Positions 24,355 through 33,420 of a stretch of DNA of 64,000 nt are shown in pieces. Below the pieces are notes generated by a model. It did not search any database. It had not been told where the DNA came from and saw only the letters and a list, made by a program, of their open reading frames with translations. Position 1 is the first letter of the stretch. The number at the start of each line of letters is the position of its first letter. Source of the DNA: an uncultured cyanobacterium (GTDB lineage Bacteria; Cyanobacteriota; Cyanobacteriia; Cyanobacteriales; CAWUOF01); assembly GCA_963744145.1 (NCBI GenBank), contig CAVUSO010000001.1, positions 4,480,001 through 4,544,000 of the forward strand, in the 5' to 3' direction. Position numbers and translations under genes: made by a program.

Positions 24355-24427
24355 GGGGCTATAGCTCAGTTGGTAGAGCACTTCAATGGCATTGAAGGGG
24401 CCAGCGGTTCGAGTCCGCTTAGCTCCA
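24355..24427 (+). tRNA. tRNA-Ala(GGC)
   Basis: ggggcta..tagctcc acceptor stem, anticodon arm cttca-atGGCat-tgaag and T-loop gttcgag. Confidence 0.96.
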
Positions 24428-24433
24428 TCGGTA

Positions 24434-24471
24434 AAAAATCTACCCGTGATGAACAGGGGTAGATTTTTTTT
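24434..24471 (+). terminator. Intrinsic terminator after tRNA-Ala
   Basis: aaaaaatctaccc...gggtagatttttt hairpin followed by a T-run. Confidence 0.7.
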
Positions 24472-24509
24472 TGTTAGAAATATTGATATTGATAAGGAGC
24501 AAATTATTA

Positions 24510-26069
24510 ATGACAGAAATCCAGCAGATGTCCCTATTTCCCCCTCGGAGTGTGACCGAACTGATCGCAGATATTGAAAAATTAACCTTAGAAATCCAAG
24601 AATTATACAGCTTAGATGATATTCCTTGGATTGTTGGTTATAGTGGTGGGAAAGATAGTTCAGCTATTTTGCAGCTAATCTGGAATGCGATCGCCCAACT
24701 ACCCCCAGCTCAGAGAAAGAAAACCATTCATGTGATCACCACAGATACTTTAGTGGAAAATCCTTATGTATCTCTGTGGGTCAGAAAATCTCATGAACGG
24801 ATCAAAATAGCAGCTCAAGAGCAAAATATGCCCATTGAACCCCATATCCTGGAACCAGAAATTACTCAAAGATATTGGGTGGGATTAATTGGTAAAGGAT
24901 ATCCAGCACCAAGACATCTGTTTAGATGGTGTACAGGTCGATTGAAAATTGATCCCTCGAACCGATTTATTCGGAATATCGTGCAAAAAACCGGGGAAAC
25001 TATTCTGGTTTTGGGAATTCGCAAAGCCGAAAGTGCTAGACGAGCAGCGACTATGAAAAAACATGAACAAAGAAGAGTTCGCGATCGGCTTAGTCCTAAT
25101 GGTAATCTTCCCAACTCCTTAGTTTATAGTCCGATCGAAGATTGGCGCAATGATGAAGTTTGGCTGTATTTAATGCAGTGGGCTAATCCTTGGGGTCATA
25201 GTAACAAAGATTTATTTGCGATGTATCGAGAATCAACCGCAGATAATGAATGTCCCTTAGTGGTGGATACTTCTACCCCCAGTTGTGGTAATTCTCGGTT
25301 TGGTTGTTGGGTTTGTACCTTGGTTGATAAAGATCATGCCATGGAAGCAATGATTCACAATGATCATGAAAAAGAATGGTTAAAACCATTAGTTAATATT
25401 CGAGCCCAATTAGATGTGGAAACAGAAAATCGGGAGAATCGAGATTTTCGTCGGATCTGGGGAGAAGTGCAATTATTTGAACGCAATATTGATGGTCAAG
25501 TATCTGTAGAACCGATTCCGGGTCCCTATATTAAAGCATGGCGGGAACATTTGCTGAAGTTAGTGTTAGAAGCGCAAACTATCATGCGCCAAACTGCTCC
25601 AATTGAAATGCGGCATATTACTTTAATTAGTCCAGCAGAATTAAGTGAAATTCGCCGGATTTGGTTAGAAGAAAAACATGAATTTGATGATAGCTTACCC
25701 AAAATATACAAAGAAGCGACCGGGACAGATTTTCAAGATATTCGACCAAGTGCGGAAAAACAATTATTGGGTAGTGATGAATGGGAAACCTTAGTCGAAA
25801 TTTGTCAAGGTGATGAGATGCACTTGGAATTAATGAAAAAATTACTCAGTACCGAACGCCAATTTTATGCTAAATCTCGACGGGTAGGTATTTATGAAAG
25901 CTTGGAGAAATGCTTTGAAACTAGCTCGCGTTCTCGTGATGAAGCAATTCAAAATGCTCATGATAAGCGGAACTTAAAAAATGCCGCAACTGAAGGTGAT
26001 GTGGATAAAGTTAAACAATTATCCTGGGCTAATATGAAGTTTGCCGGCGATCGCTCTACTCCTGATTAA
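24510..26069 (+). CDS. dndC: DNA phosphorothioation sulfurtransferase DndC
   Basis: PAPS-reductase motif YSGGKDS, RWCT, and ECPLVVD..PSCGNSRFGCWVC. Confidence 0.93.
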   Translation: MTEIQQMSLFPPRSVTELIADIEKLTLEIQELYSLDDIPWIVGYSGGKDSSAILQLIWNAIAQLPPAQRKKTIHVITTDTLVENPYVSLWVRKSHERIKIAAQEQNMPIEPHILEPEITQRYWVGLIGKGYPAPRHLFRWCTGRLKIDPSNRFIRNIVQKTGETILVLGIRKAESARRAATMKKHEQRRVRDRLSPNGNLPNSLVYSPIEDWRNDEVWLYLMQWANPWGHSNKDLFAMYRESTADNECPLVVDTSTPSCGNSRFGCWVCTLVDKDHAMEAMIHNDHEKEWLKPLVNIRAQLDVETENRENRDFRRIWGEVQLFERNIDGQVSVEPIPGPYIKAWREHLLKLVLEAQTIMRQTAPIEMRHITLISPAELSEIRRIWLEEKHEFDDSLPKIYKEATGTDFQDIRPSAEKQLLGSDEWETLVEICQGDEMHLELMKKLLSTERQFYAKSRRVGIYESLEKCFETSSRSRDEAIQNAHDKRNLKNAATEGDVDKVKQLSWANMKFAGDRSTPD

Positions 26070-26086
26070 ATCTCTACCTTTTAACC

Positions 26087-28093
26087 GTGATATTTATCGA
26101 ACTGATTTTAGAAAATTTCGGTCCTTATTTGGGCAGACAGGTCATCGATCTGCGTCCTGAAAAAGATAGTAAATCCTATCCGATTATCCTGATTGGGGGA
26201 ATGAATGGTGGTGGTAAAACTACTTTTATGGACGCAATTCGTCTCGCTCTTTATGGACCGCGGGCTCAATGCTCAACTCGCGGAAATTTAAGCTATAGCG
26301 ATTTTTTGACTCAATCCGTCAATCGACAAACTCCCCCGACGGAAATGACTCAAATTGAATTAGATTTTGAAGTAATTCAAGATGATCAATTAACTAAATT
26401 TAAAGTAGTCAGAAAGTGGAAAAAAGAACCAAAAGATGGTAAAGATATTTTGGGTATTTTAACCTGTAATGATTTTCAAACTGACTGGTGGCCCGATAAA
26501 GCTTTGGCTAATACTTGGGATGACTATATTGAAAATCTCATTCCTTTAGGAATTTCTAATTTATTTCTTTTTGACGGAGAACAAGTTAAAGAACTAGCTG
26601 AGATGGAAACACCACCACTGACTGTAGTGGAAGCGATCCAATCTTTATTAGGATTAGAACTATCGGAAAGACTTTCTCAGGATTTAGAGATTTTGGTAAA
26701 TCGCAAATGCAAAGAAATTATTAGTCCTAAAGACTTGGCTAATCTTGAACAGATTGAAGAAAAATTGGCGATTGAAAAAGATAAATTTGACATTGTTAGT
26801 CAAGAGTTAGTCCGGTTGAATGATGAATTTAAAGTCGCTATAAGCAAGTATGAAGATGCTCAAAATAAGTTTATTTATGAAGGTGGTAAGATTGCTCAAG
26901 AACGGAGTCAACTTGATCAAGAAAATAAACATTTATTAAATCAGTCCGAAAAAATTCGCGAAATTATGCGTGATTTAGCTGCTGATGTTTTACCATTAAG
27001 TTTAATTTACCCCCTCTTAGAACAAGCAAAAATTCAAGCTGAAAAAGAACATAGTCAACAGTCAGTAAAAATTACCATAGATGTGATTAAAAACCGTGAT
27101 CAAAAATTATTGAACTATTTAACAGAATCATCATTATTTAATCCGGAAATTATCGCAGAAATCCAAAAATTTCTTGAGACAGAAAATGCAGTTTTTGAAC
27201 AGCAAATTTTTGATGATGAAAAGATTTGGCTCAAAGCTGAACCAGAAATAATTGAGCAGTTAAATAGCTTACTTAATTATCAATTAAAATCTGTCCAAAA
27301 ACAAGGTCAAGAAAAGTATGAAGAGCTGAAGGAATTGGAAAAAGAAATAGATTTTTTAGAGCGCCAGATCGTTAAATCTGCATCTCCAGAGCTTTACCAA
27401 CAGCTCGAAAAAAATCTCAAAGATGCTCAAACAAAAATGAATGAGATTGAGGTAGAGCGTCAGCTAGTTAAACGTAACTATGATGAACTAGATCAGACAA
27501 TTAAACAGATCAAAAAAGAATTAGCAACCTTTGCAGAAGAAGAAATTAAACAGAGAAGCAATCAACATATTATTCAAGCATCTAGCAAAGTTCAAGAAAC
27601 TTTAAAAGTATTTCGAGAAAAATTGACATTGAAAAAATTAAGCAAATTAGAAAATGAAGTAACTAAATGTTTCCGTTATCTGTTACATAAATCAGATTTA
27701 GTCAATAAAGTAACTATCGATCGCAATTCTTATCGTCTCGCTCTTTATGATCCCCAGGGCGCATTTTTACCGAAAAATCGTCTTTCCGCTGGAGAAAAAC
27801 AATTGCTCGCGATCGCATTTTTATGGGGATTAGCATTAGTCTCTGGTCAGAAATTACCCATCGCCATTGATACTCCTTTAGGAAGACTAGATTCCGAACA
27901 CCGTCAGAATTTAGTTGATCGTTATTTTCCGGCTGCTAGTCATCAAGTGATTTTGCTGTCTACAGATACAGAAATTACTCAAGTTGAATATGCTCGGTTA
28001 CAGGAACAAGAAACGATCGCCCGGGAATATCTCCTTAAATATGATCCGATCGCCAGTCAAACTCTAGTCCAACCGGGTTATTTCTGGCCTTAA
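26087..28093 (+). CDS. dndD: DNA sulfur modification ATPase DndD
   Basis: GMNGGGKTT, LFLFDGEQ, coiled coil, LSAGEKQ and IDTPLGRLDS. Confidence 0.93.
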   Translation: MIFIELILENFGPYLGRQVIDLRPEKDSKSYPIILIGGMNGGGKTTFMDAIRLALYGPRAQCSTRGNLSYSDFLTQSVNRQTPPTEMTQIELDFEVIQDDQLTKFKVVRKWKKEPKDGKDILGILTCNDFQTDWWPDKALANTWDDYIENLIPLGISNLFLFDGEQVKELAEMETPPLTVVEAIQSLLGLELSERLSQDLEILVNRKCKEIISPKDLANLEQIEEKLAIEKDKFDIVSQELVRLNDEFKVAISKYEDAQNKFIYEGGKIAQERSQLDQENKHLLNQSEKIREIMRDLAADVLPLSLIYPLLEQAKIQAEKEHSQQSVKITIDVIKNRDQKLLNYLTESSLFNPEIIAEIQKFLETENAVFEQQIFDDEKIWLKAEPEIIEQLNSLLNYQLKSVQKQGQEKYEELKELEKEIDFLERQIVKSASPELYQQLEKNLKDAQTKMNEIEVERQLVKRNYDELDQTIKQIKKELATFAEEEIKQRSNQHIIQASSKVQETLKVFREKLTLKKLSKLENEVTKCFRYLLHKSDLVNKVTIDRNSYRLALYDPQGAFLPKNRLSAGEKQLLAIAFLWGLALVSGQKLPIAIDTPLGRLDSEHRQNLVDRYFPAASHQVILLSTDTEITQVEYARLQEQETIAREYLLKYDPIASQTLVQPGYFWP

Positions 28094-28113
28094 TTTCATT
28101 TGGAGAAAAAAAT

Positions 28114-28500
28114 ATGGAAATACTAATTGAGCGAATTCGTCTTTCCCAAGTAGCCAAAGAACAACTGATTAGACTCAAACGGATCACCAAAATTGATCAG
28201 TGGAATATTCTCTGTCGGTGGGCATTTTGTCGGTCTTTGGCCGAACCAAGTATTCCTTCCTCAACGACAATTTTAGCAGATAGCAATGTGGAGATGACCT
28301 GGCGGGTATTTGGGGGCGAAATGGCTGATTTGCTGTTAATGGCACTCAAACAACGTTGTCATAACGATGGGTTAGAAGTTACTAACGAAGTCTTGATTAC
28401 TCAATTTCGGCTTCATCTCCATCGAGGGATTGGTTACTTAGCAGGAGATTTAAATATTAAGAAAATTGAAGATTTTCTGGAAATTACCATGAAAAATTGA
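28114..28500 (+). CDS. dndE: DNA sulfur modification protein DndE
   Basis: WNILCRWAFCRSLAE and FRLHLHRGI; follows dndD. Confidence 0.92.
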   Translation: MEILIERIRLSQVAKEQLIRLKRITKIDQWNILCRWAFCRSLAEPSIPSSTTILADSNVEMTWRVFGGEMADLLLMALKQRCHNDGLEVTNEVLITQFRLHLHRGIGYLAGDLNIKKIEDFLEITMKN

Positions 28501-28688
28501 GAAAATTATTTGAGGTGAGCGGAAACATAGATCCAAAAGTAAATTAACTGTGTAATCCATGAACCAAAAAACCAGGTGGCATCAATATACTTAACTAAGT
28601 AGAAGAGTTTGGTAACAAATCCTTACTATCCCCATTTTCTTGCCAAAACAATGTGATAATAGACTAAAACCTGTTCATCTTTAAATGG

Positions 28689-29777
28689 GTGATATTTCCC
28701 ATTGTCAAAACCCTTAAATGGGTGCAAGATGTCAGCAAAACAAATTCTCCCTGCTGGTTGAAAGTCTTCATGGTTAGCCAACCCTCAGAGGCAAATTTTC
28801 GGATTACAGTCTTGGATGACATGGCTGTTATACATATCCCCTCTCGTTTGAGCGTTCTAGAAGGTGTTGCTTTTAAACAAACCTGTCAGCAACTTCTGCA
28901 AGAGAGTTCAGTCCCCAATAAAATCATTCTGGATTTTAACGAAACTATTTTTATGGACAGTAGTGGAGTTGGGGCGTTAGTTAGTAATTTAAAAACCACC
29001 AGGGCTCAAGGCTCACAATTAGTGATCCGCAACGTCCAACCCCAGGTGATGGCGGTGTTATCGCTAACGGGACTAGACCAAGTGTTAAAAATCGATCCCG
29101 GTACAGCAGCTAAAGCCCCAGATCCAGATTTTCTCCCAGAAAGCTCGGTCAAAAATGTCCCAACCACCCATCCTTCGATCCGCTCCTGGGTAAAACGTTT
29201 ATTAGATACGATCGGTGCCCTGGTAGGATTGTCAATTACAGCGATTTTATTTATTCCGATCGCCTTGGCAATTAAAATGGATAGTCGGGGGCCAATATTT
29301 TTCGGGCAAATCCGATGTGGGTGGATGGGTAGACGTTTCCGACTCTGGAAATTCCGTTCCATGTGCAATAATGCAGAACAACTGAAAGCCCAAATTGAAA
29401 ATCAAGCCAACGGACCGATTTTCAAAAACGATAATGACCCAAGAATCACTCGAGTCGGTCGAGTGTTAAGACGGACAAGTTTAGATGAATTACCCCAGTT
29501 TTGGAATGTATTAATGGGGGAAATGAGTTTGGTTGGAACTAGACCCCCCACTCCTGATGAAGTAGAACGCTATGAAGTTCCTGAGTGGCAACGTTTAGAT
29601 GTAAAACCAGGGATGACCGGAGAATGGCAAGTCAATGGGCGATCGCAAATTCGCAATTTTGAAGATGTCATCCATTTAGATTTAAAGTACCAAAAGAATT
29701 GGAGCCTCATATATGACATAAAACTAATTCTGAAAACTCTCGTCATCCTGTTTAAAAAAAACAGTGGTGCTGTTTAG
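28689..29777 (+). CDS. STAS domain fused to a priming glycosyltransferase (bacterial sugar transferase)
   Basis: FMDSSGVGAL (STAS phosphoacceptor), then KFRSM, DPRITRVG, SLDELPQF and KPGMTG. The true start may be downstream at MVSQ. Confidence 0.88.
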   Translation: MIFPIVKTLKWVQDVSKTNSPCWLKVFMVSQPSEANFRITVLDDMAVIHIPSRLSVLEGVAFKQTCQQLLQESSVPNKIILDFNETIFMDSSGVGALVSNLKTTRAQGSQLVIRNVQPQVMAVLSLTGLDQVLKIDPGTAAKAPDPDFLPESSVKNVPTTHPSIRSWVKRLLDTIGALVGLSITAILFIPIALAIKMDSRGPIFFGQIRCGWMGRRFRLWKFRSMCNNAEQLKAQIENQANGPIFKNDNDPRITRVGRVLRRTSLDELPQFWNVLMGEMSLVGTRPPTPDEVERYEVPEWQRLDVKPGMTGEWQVNGRSQIRNFEDVIHLDLKYQKNWSLIYDIKLILKTLVILFKKNSGAV

Positions 29778-29982
29778 GAAAAAACCGCGCTAAAGCTTTG
29801 GGCTTAAGTAAGGATGGTGAGGAGTAAAATTAAGCTAGAACAACCCATTGCCAGAAAAAATCTGGCAGAGAATTGAAACATCAAAACTCGGTGCGGTTTT
29901 AGAAAAAAACTCTCTCAACATCATATTAGTCAGGCTAAAGGCGATAAGCTAACCCATCAAGTGCGTGTGATCGCTTACCTTC

Positions 29983-30504
29983 ATGGCATTGGCAAACCTA
30001 ATTAAAAGGTTAAAAGATTTTATATTGCGAATCATTGCAGCAATGGAAAACGGTCAGCTAATTAAACAATCTCAGCTTCAGGTGAAAACAAACCTGAATG
30101 ATTTAGACGAAGTCTTGCAATGGTTTGAACAATTCAATCTTCCAACCTGTGTACTCCCCAACCTCTGGTGGCAATATCAAACAGCCTTAGTCGAAGGTTT
30201 TACGAATGCGGTGCGTCATGCTCACCGCAATTTGCCCCCCCAAACCCCGATCGATATCGAAGTAAAAGTCTTTACTCACTATATGGAAATCCGGATTTGG
30301 GATTATGGTCAACCATTTAATCTCGAAGCAAAACTGGAAGAAAAACTCAAAGAAAAACTCAAAGAAAAACTTGACTATGTATTGACTGATCATGGGAAAG
30401 GGCTGATCCTAATGTATCAACTGACGAATGAGATGTATTACATTCGGACAAAAGAAGACCGCAATTGCTTAGTATTGGGGAAAAAAAATCGCCATCAAAA
30501 CTAA
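29983..30504 (+). CDS. Anti-sigma factor / Ser kinase (HATPase_c_2, RsbW-like)
   Basis: Motifs EGFTNAVRHAH, IWDYG and GKGL; start uncertain. Confidence 0.82.
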   Translation: MALANLIKRLKDFILRIIAAMENGQLIKQSQLQVKTNLNDLDEVLQWFEQFNLPTCVLPNLWWQYQTALVEGFTNAVRHAHRNLPPQTPIDIEVKVFTHYMEIRIWDYGQPFNLEAKLEEKLKEKLKEKLDYVLTDHGKGLILMYQLTNEMYYIRTKEDRNCLVLGKKNRHQN

Positions 30505-30551
30505 AGAAAGCCAGAGATGATCAGTCCAGCAAATTAGCCGGGATCTAGCTG

Positions 30552-32945
30552 TTGGTTCAGATTGAGGGCGATCGCTGGCTAGCTAAACATGAACTCGCGC
30601 CGCCATTAGCATATAAAAGCATTATCTACAGGATGAACGCACCATTGCCTCATAATGAAGCCCCAAAAGAAGCACTGCGGCGATCTCAGCTCTGTGATCC
30701 CGAAGCTGAACCAGCATTTGATGATCTAACGCAGTTAACTGCTCTGATCTGTCAAACACCAATTGCCTCAATTAGTTTGATTAATCCAGAACAGCAATGG
30801 TTTAATTTCCCAGTTGATTTGAACTCACCGATCCACACTGGCGCGATCGCTTTGGCTGCCCAGACGGTTGATCAGCTGGGGCTATTTATGATTCCAGATG
30901 TCTTAAATGACCAAGCTTGGGCTGATCAGCTGTCGATTAAGCATGAAACCCAAATTCGTTTTTACGCAGGTATTCCTCTGATCGGTACTGATCATCTGGT
31001 CATGGGTGTCCTCAGTGTGATGGACTATATCCCTCGGGAACTGACATCTGCCCAAATAGAAGCGCTCTGGAGTTTAGGAAGTCAAGTCATTCGGCTCTTA
31101 GCAGCAAATCAACAAATTGCCATTGCTAAAAGTCAACAAGCTGAATTTCAAGCAATCTTAGACCAAACCTCCGATTTAATTCAGATTTTTCGTTGGTCAG
31201 ATCAGCGTTTACTATATGTCAACCAAACTTGGCTGCAAACTCTTGGATATGATCAAGCTGAAATTTCCCAACTATCTTGGTCTGCTCTCCTTCATCCGGA
31301 CGAGAGCGATCGCGCTCAAACCATCCTCAAAAATTTGGGTCAGGGAGAATCTATTCCTACCACCAAATTATCGTTTTTAACTAAACAAGGGGAAGCCATA
31401 TCTTTAGAAGGACATCTATTCCCGGTGTGGGAAAAGAGCCAAATCTTAGCTGTACGAGGTTTTTTTCGTCATCCTATTCCTCCTGAGTCAGAATCATCAC
31501 CCTATCGACAAATTTTTGAAAATGCTGCTGAAGGATTATTTCAAGCGACTTTAGATGGACGTTATTGCATTGTTAATCCCGCTTTGGCGCATATTTATGG
31601 CTATAATTCCCTAACAGAATTTTTAGCCAAAGTGGAGACTATTGGTCAACTCTATGTTAATCCCACCTATTGGTCTGAATGTATTGCTCAATTAGCAACA
31701 GAAGGTGAAATCTCTCGAGAAGCTGAGGTCTATCGTCCCAATGGTCCGACCATCTGGGTAGCAGAAAATATCCGCTTGCGTCGTGATGCTCAAGGTTATC
31801 CTACGGCGATTGAAGGCTCGGTGCAAGATTTAACGAGTTATAAACAAGCAGAAGCAACTCTCCAACTCGCGAAAGACCAACTCCAAGCGGTCTTAGATGC
31901 TGTCCCAGGTACGGTTTCTTTAATTAGCTCTAATTTTCGCTATCTCGGTGTGAATCGTCATTTAGCCGCTAATTACCAGTTACCTCCAGAATCTTTTGTT
32001 GGTCGTAAGGTTGGTTTTCTCCAACCCGGATTTGGGACATTTATGCGCGAGTTTTTTGCTAATTCTACGGTCGAAGCTTCTTTAGAAATTGATACAGAAG
32101 TAGATGGTAATACTCGGAGTTATTTAGTAATTGCCAAAAAATGGCTGGAAGACCAAGCTGCGGTTTTTGTGGGGATGGATATTACTGAGCGTAAACAAGC
32201 GCAAGAAGCTCTGCTCGCAGAATTAGCTGAAGCAGCTGAATATGTACGCAGTTTGTTACCTCCCCCATTCTCTGAACCTGTGGCAATTGAATCTCGGTTT
32301 ATTCCTTCTCAACAGTTAGGAGGAGATTGCTTTGATTATTATTGGCTCGATGATGAAAATTTGGTTATTTATCTGTTAGATGTTTCTGGACATGGCACTG
32401 GACCGGCTTTGTTATCGGTTTCGGTCTTAAATCTCTTGCGATCGCGTTCTCTTCCCAATACTAATTTTAATCAACCTAGTGAAGTTTTAACTGCCCTGAA
32501 CCAAGCTTTCCAAATTGATAATCAACGTGATATGTATTTCACGATTTGGTATGGGGTTTACAATCTGACTCAACGTCAGCTTACTTATGCTAGTGCTGGA
32601 CATCCACCAGCAATTTTATTATCGGAAAATTCCGAGTCGATTACTCAAGCTAGACGTTTGAGGACTCGCGGATTACCGATCGGGATGTTTCTCAATGCTG
32701 ATTTTATGACTGCTCGATGTACGATCGCTAAAAATAGCAGTCTTTACTTATATAGTGATGGTGCTTATGAAATTCATCTACCTGATGGGACAATTTGGGG
32801 TCTTGATTCTTTTATCCGTCTCCTGAAAGATTATCGCCATCCCCATGGTTTTAATTTAGATGAAATTCTTAAATATTTGCGTGATTTAAGTGCCAAAGAT
32901 TCATTTAATGATGATTTATCTTTGCTCCAAATTAATTTTAATTAA
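30552..32945 (+). CDS. GAF-PAS-PAS-PAS-SpoIIE (PP2C) phosphatase
   Basis: GAF (IRFYAGIPL), PAS repeats, and PP2C motifs GGDCFD, DVSGHG, YSDG and DDL; start uncertain. Confidence 0.88.
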   Translation: MVQIEGDRWLAKHELAPPLAYKSIIYRMNAPLPHNEAPKEALRRSQLCDPEAEPAFDDLTQLTALICQTPIASISLINPEQQWFNFPVDLNSPIHTGAIALAAQTVDQLGLFMIPDVLNDQAWADQLSIKHETQIRFYAGIPLIGTDHLVMGVLSVMDYIPRELTSAQIEALWSLGSQVIRLLAANQQIAIAKSQQAEFQAILDQTSDLIQIFRWSDQRLLYVNQTWLQTLGYDQAEISQLSWSALLHPDESDRAQTILKNLGQGESIPTTKLSFLTKQGEAISLEGHLFPVWEKSQILAVRGFFRHPIPPESESSPYRQIFENAAEGLFQATLDGRYCIVNPALAHIYGYNSLTEFLAKVETIGQLYVNPTYWSECIAQLATEGEISREAEVYRPNGPTIWVAENIRLRRDAQGYPTAIEGSVQDLTSYKQAEATLQLAKDQLQAVLDAVPGTVSLISSNFRYLGVNRHLAANYQLPPESFVGRKVGFLQPGFGTFMREFFANSTVEASLEIDTEVDGNTRSYLVIAKKWLEDQAAVFVGMDITERKQAQEALLAELAEAAEYVRSLLPPPFSEPVAIESRFIPSQQLGGDCFDYYWLDDENLVIYLLDVSGHGTGPALLSVSVLNLLRSRSLPNTNFNQPSEVLTALNQAFQIDNQRDMYFTIWYGVYNLTQRQLTYASAGHPPAILLSENSESITQARRLRTRGLPIGMFLNADFMTARCTIAKNSSLYLYSDGAYEIHLPDGTIWGLDSFIRLLKDYRHPHGFNLDEILKYLRDLSAKDSFNDDLSLLQINFN

Positions 32946-33035
32946 ATTAGTCGGACAACTAAGCTCACTAAATTTATGTCCGACTAATTATTTTTTGGCC
33001 AAGCTTTTTGACAATTAACCATCAAGAATCTTTAA

Positions 33036-33362
33036 TCAGTGGCACTGAATAATGGTTTTGTCAAATTCATTAGGATTGGAAAAAATTTCAAACAATTTAT
33101 CCATACTAGCAAGTTCAAATAACATTTTTAGTTGGGGACTCAGAGAACAAATGAAAATTTTACGTCCTTGACCACGCACAAGTTTTAAGGCGGCCACTAA
33201 AGCTCCTAGACCCGAACTATCTATGAATGTTACATCCTTGAAATCAACTAAAATTATATCTGCTCCAGATTGAACCAATTCGCTAATTTCTCGACGCAAA
33301 TCACTTGCTTTGGCACCGGCTAAAGTGCCAGAGGGTTGAACGGTTTTTAAGATCGGACTCAT
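33036..33362 (-). CDS. STAS anti-anti-sigma factor
   Basis: DFKDVTFIDSSGLGALV. Confidence 0.88.
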   Translation of the reverse strand: MSPILKTVQPSGTLAGAKASDLRREISELVQSGADIILVDFKDVTFIDSSGLGALVAALKLVRGQGRKIFICSLSPQLKMLFELASMDKLFEIFSNPNEFDKTIIQCH

Positions 33363-33420
33363 ATTTTTCTGCATAACGGGAGTTGCTGGCAAAATCTAAG
33401 ATGAGCAAAAAGGTTCTACT

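Noticed and set aside
24355..28500. Integrative island at tRNA-Ala
   Set aside because: No integrase or duplicated tRNA 3' end was seen, and the dnd genes carry HIP1 sites like the host genes.
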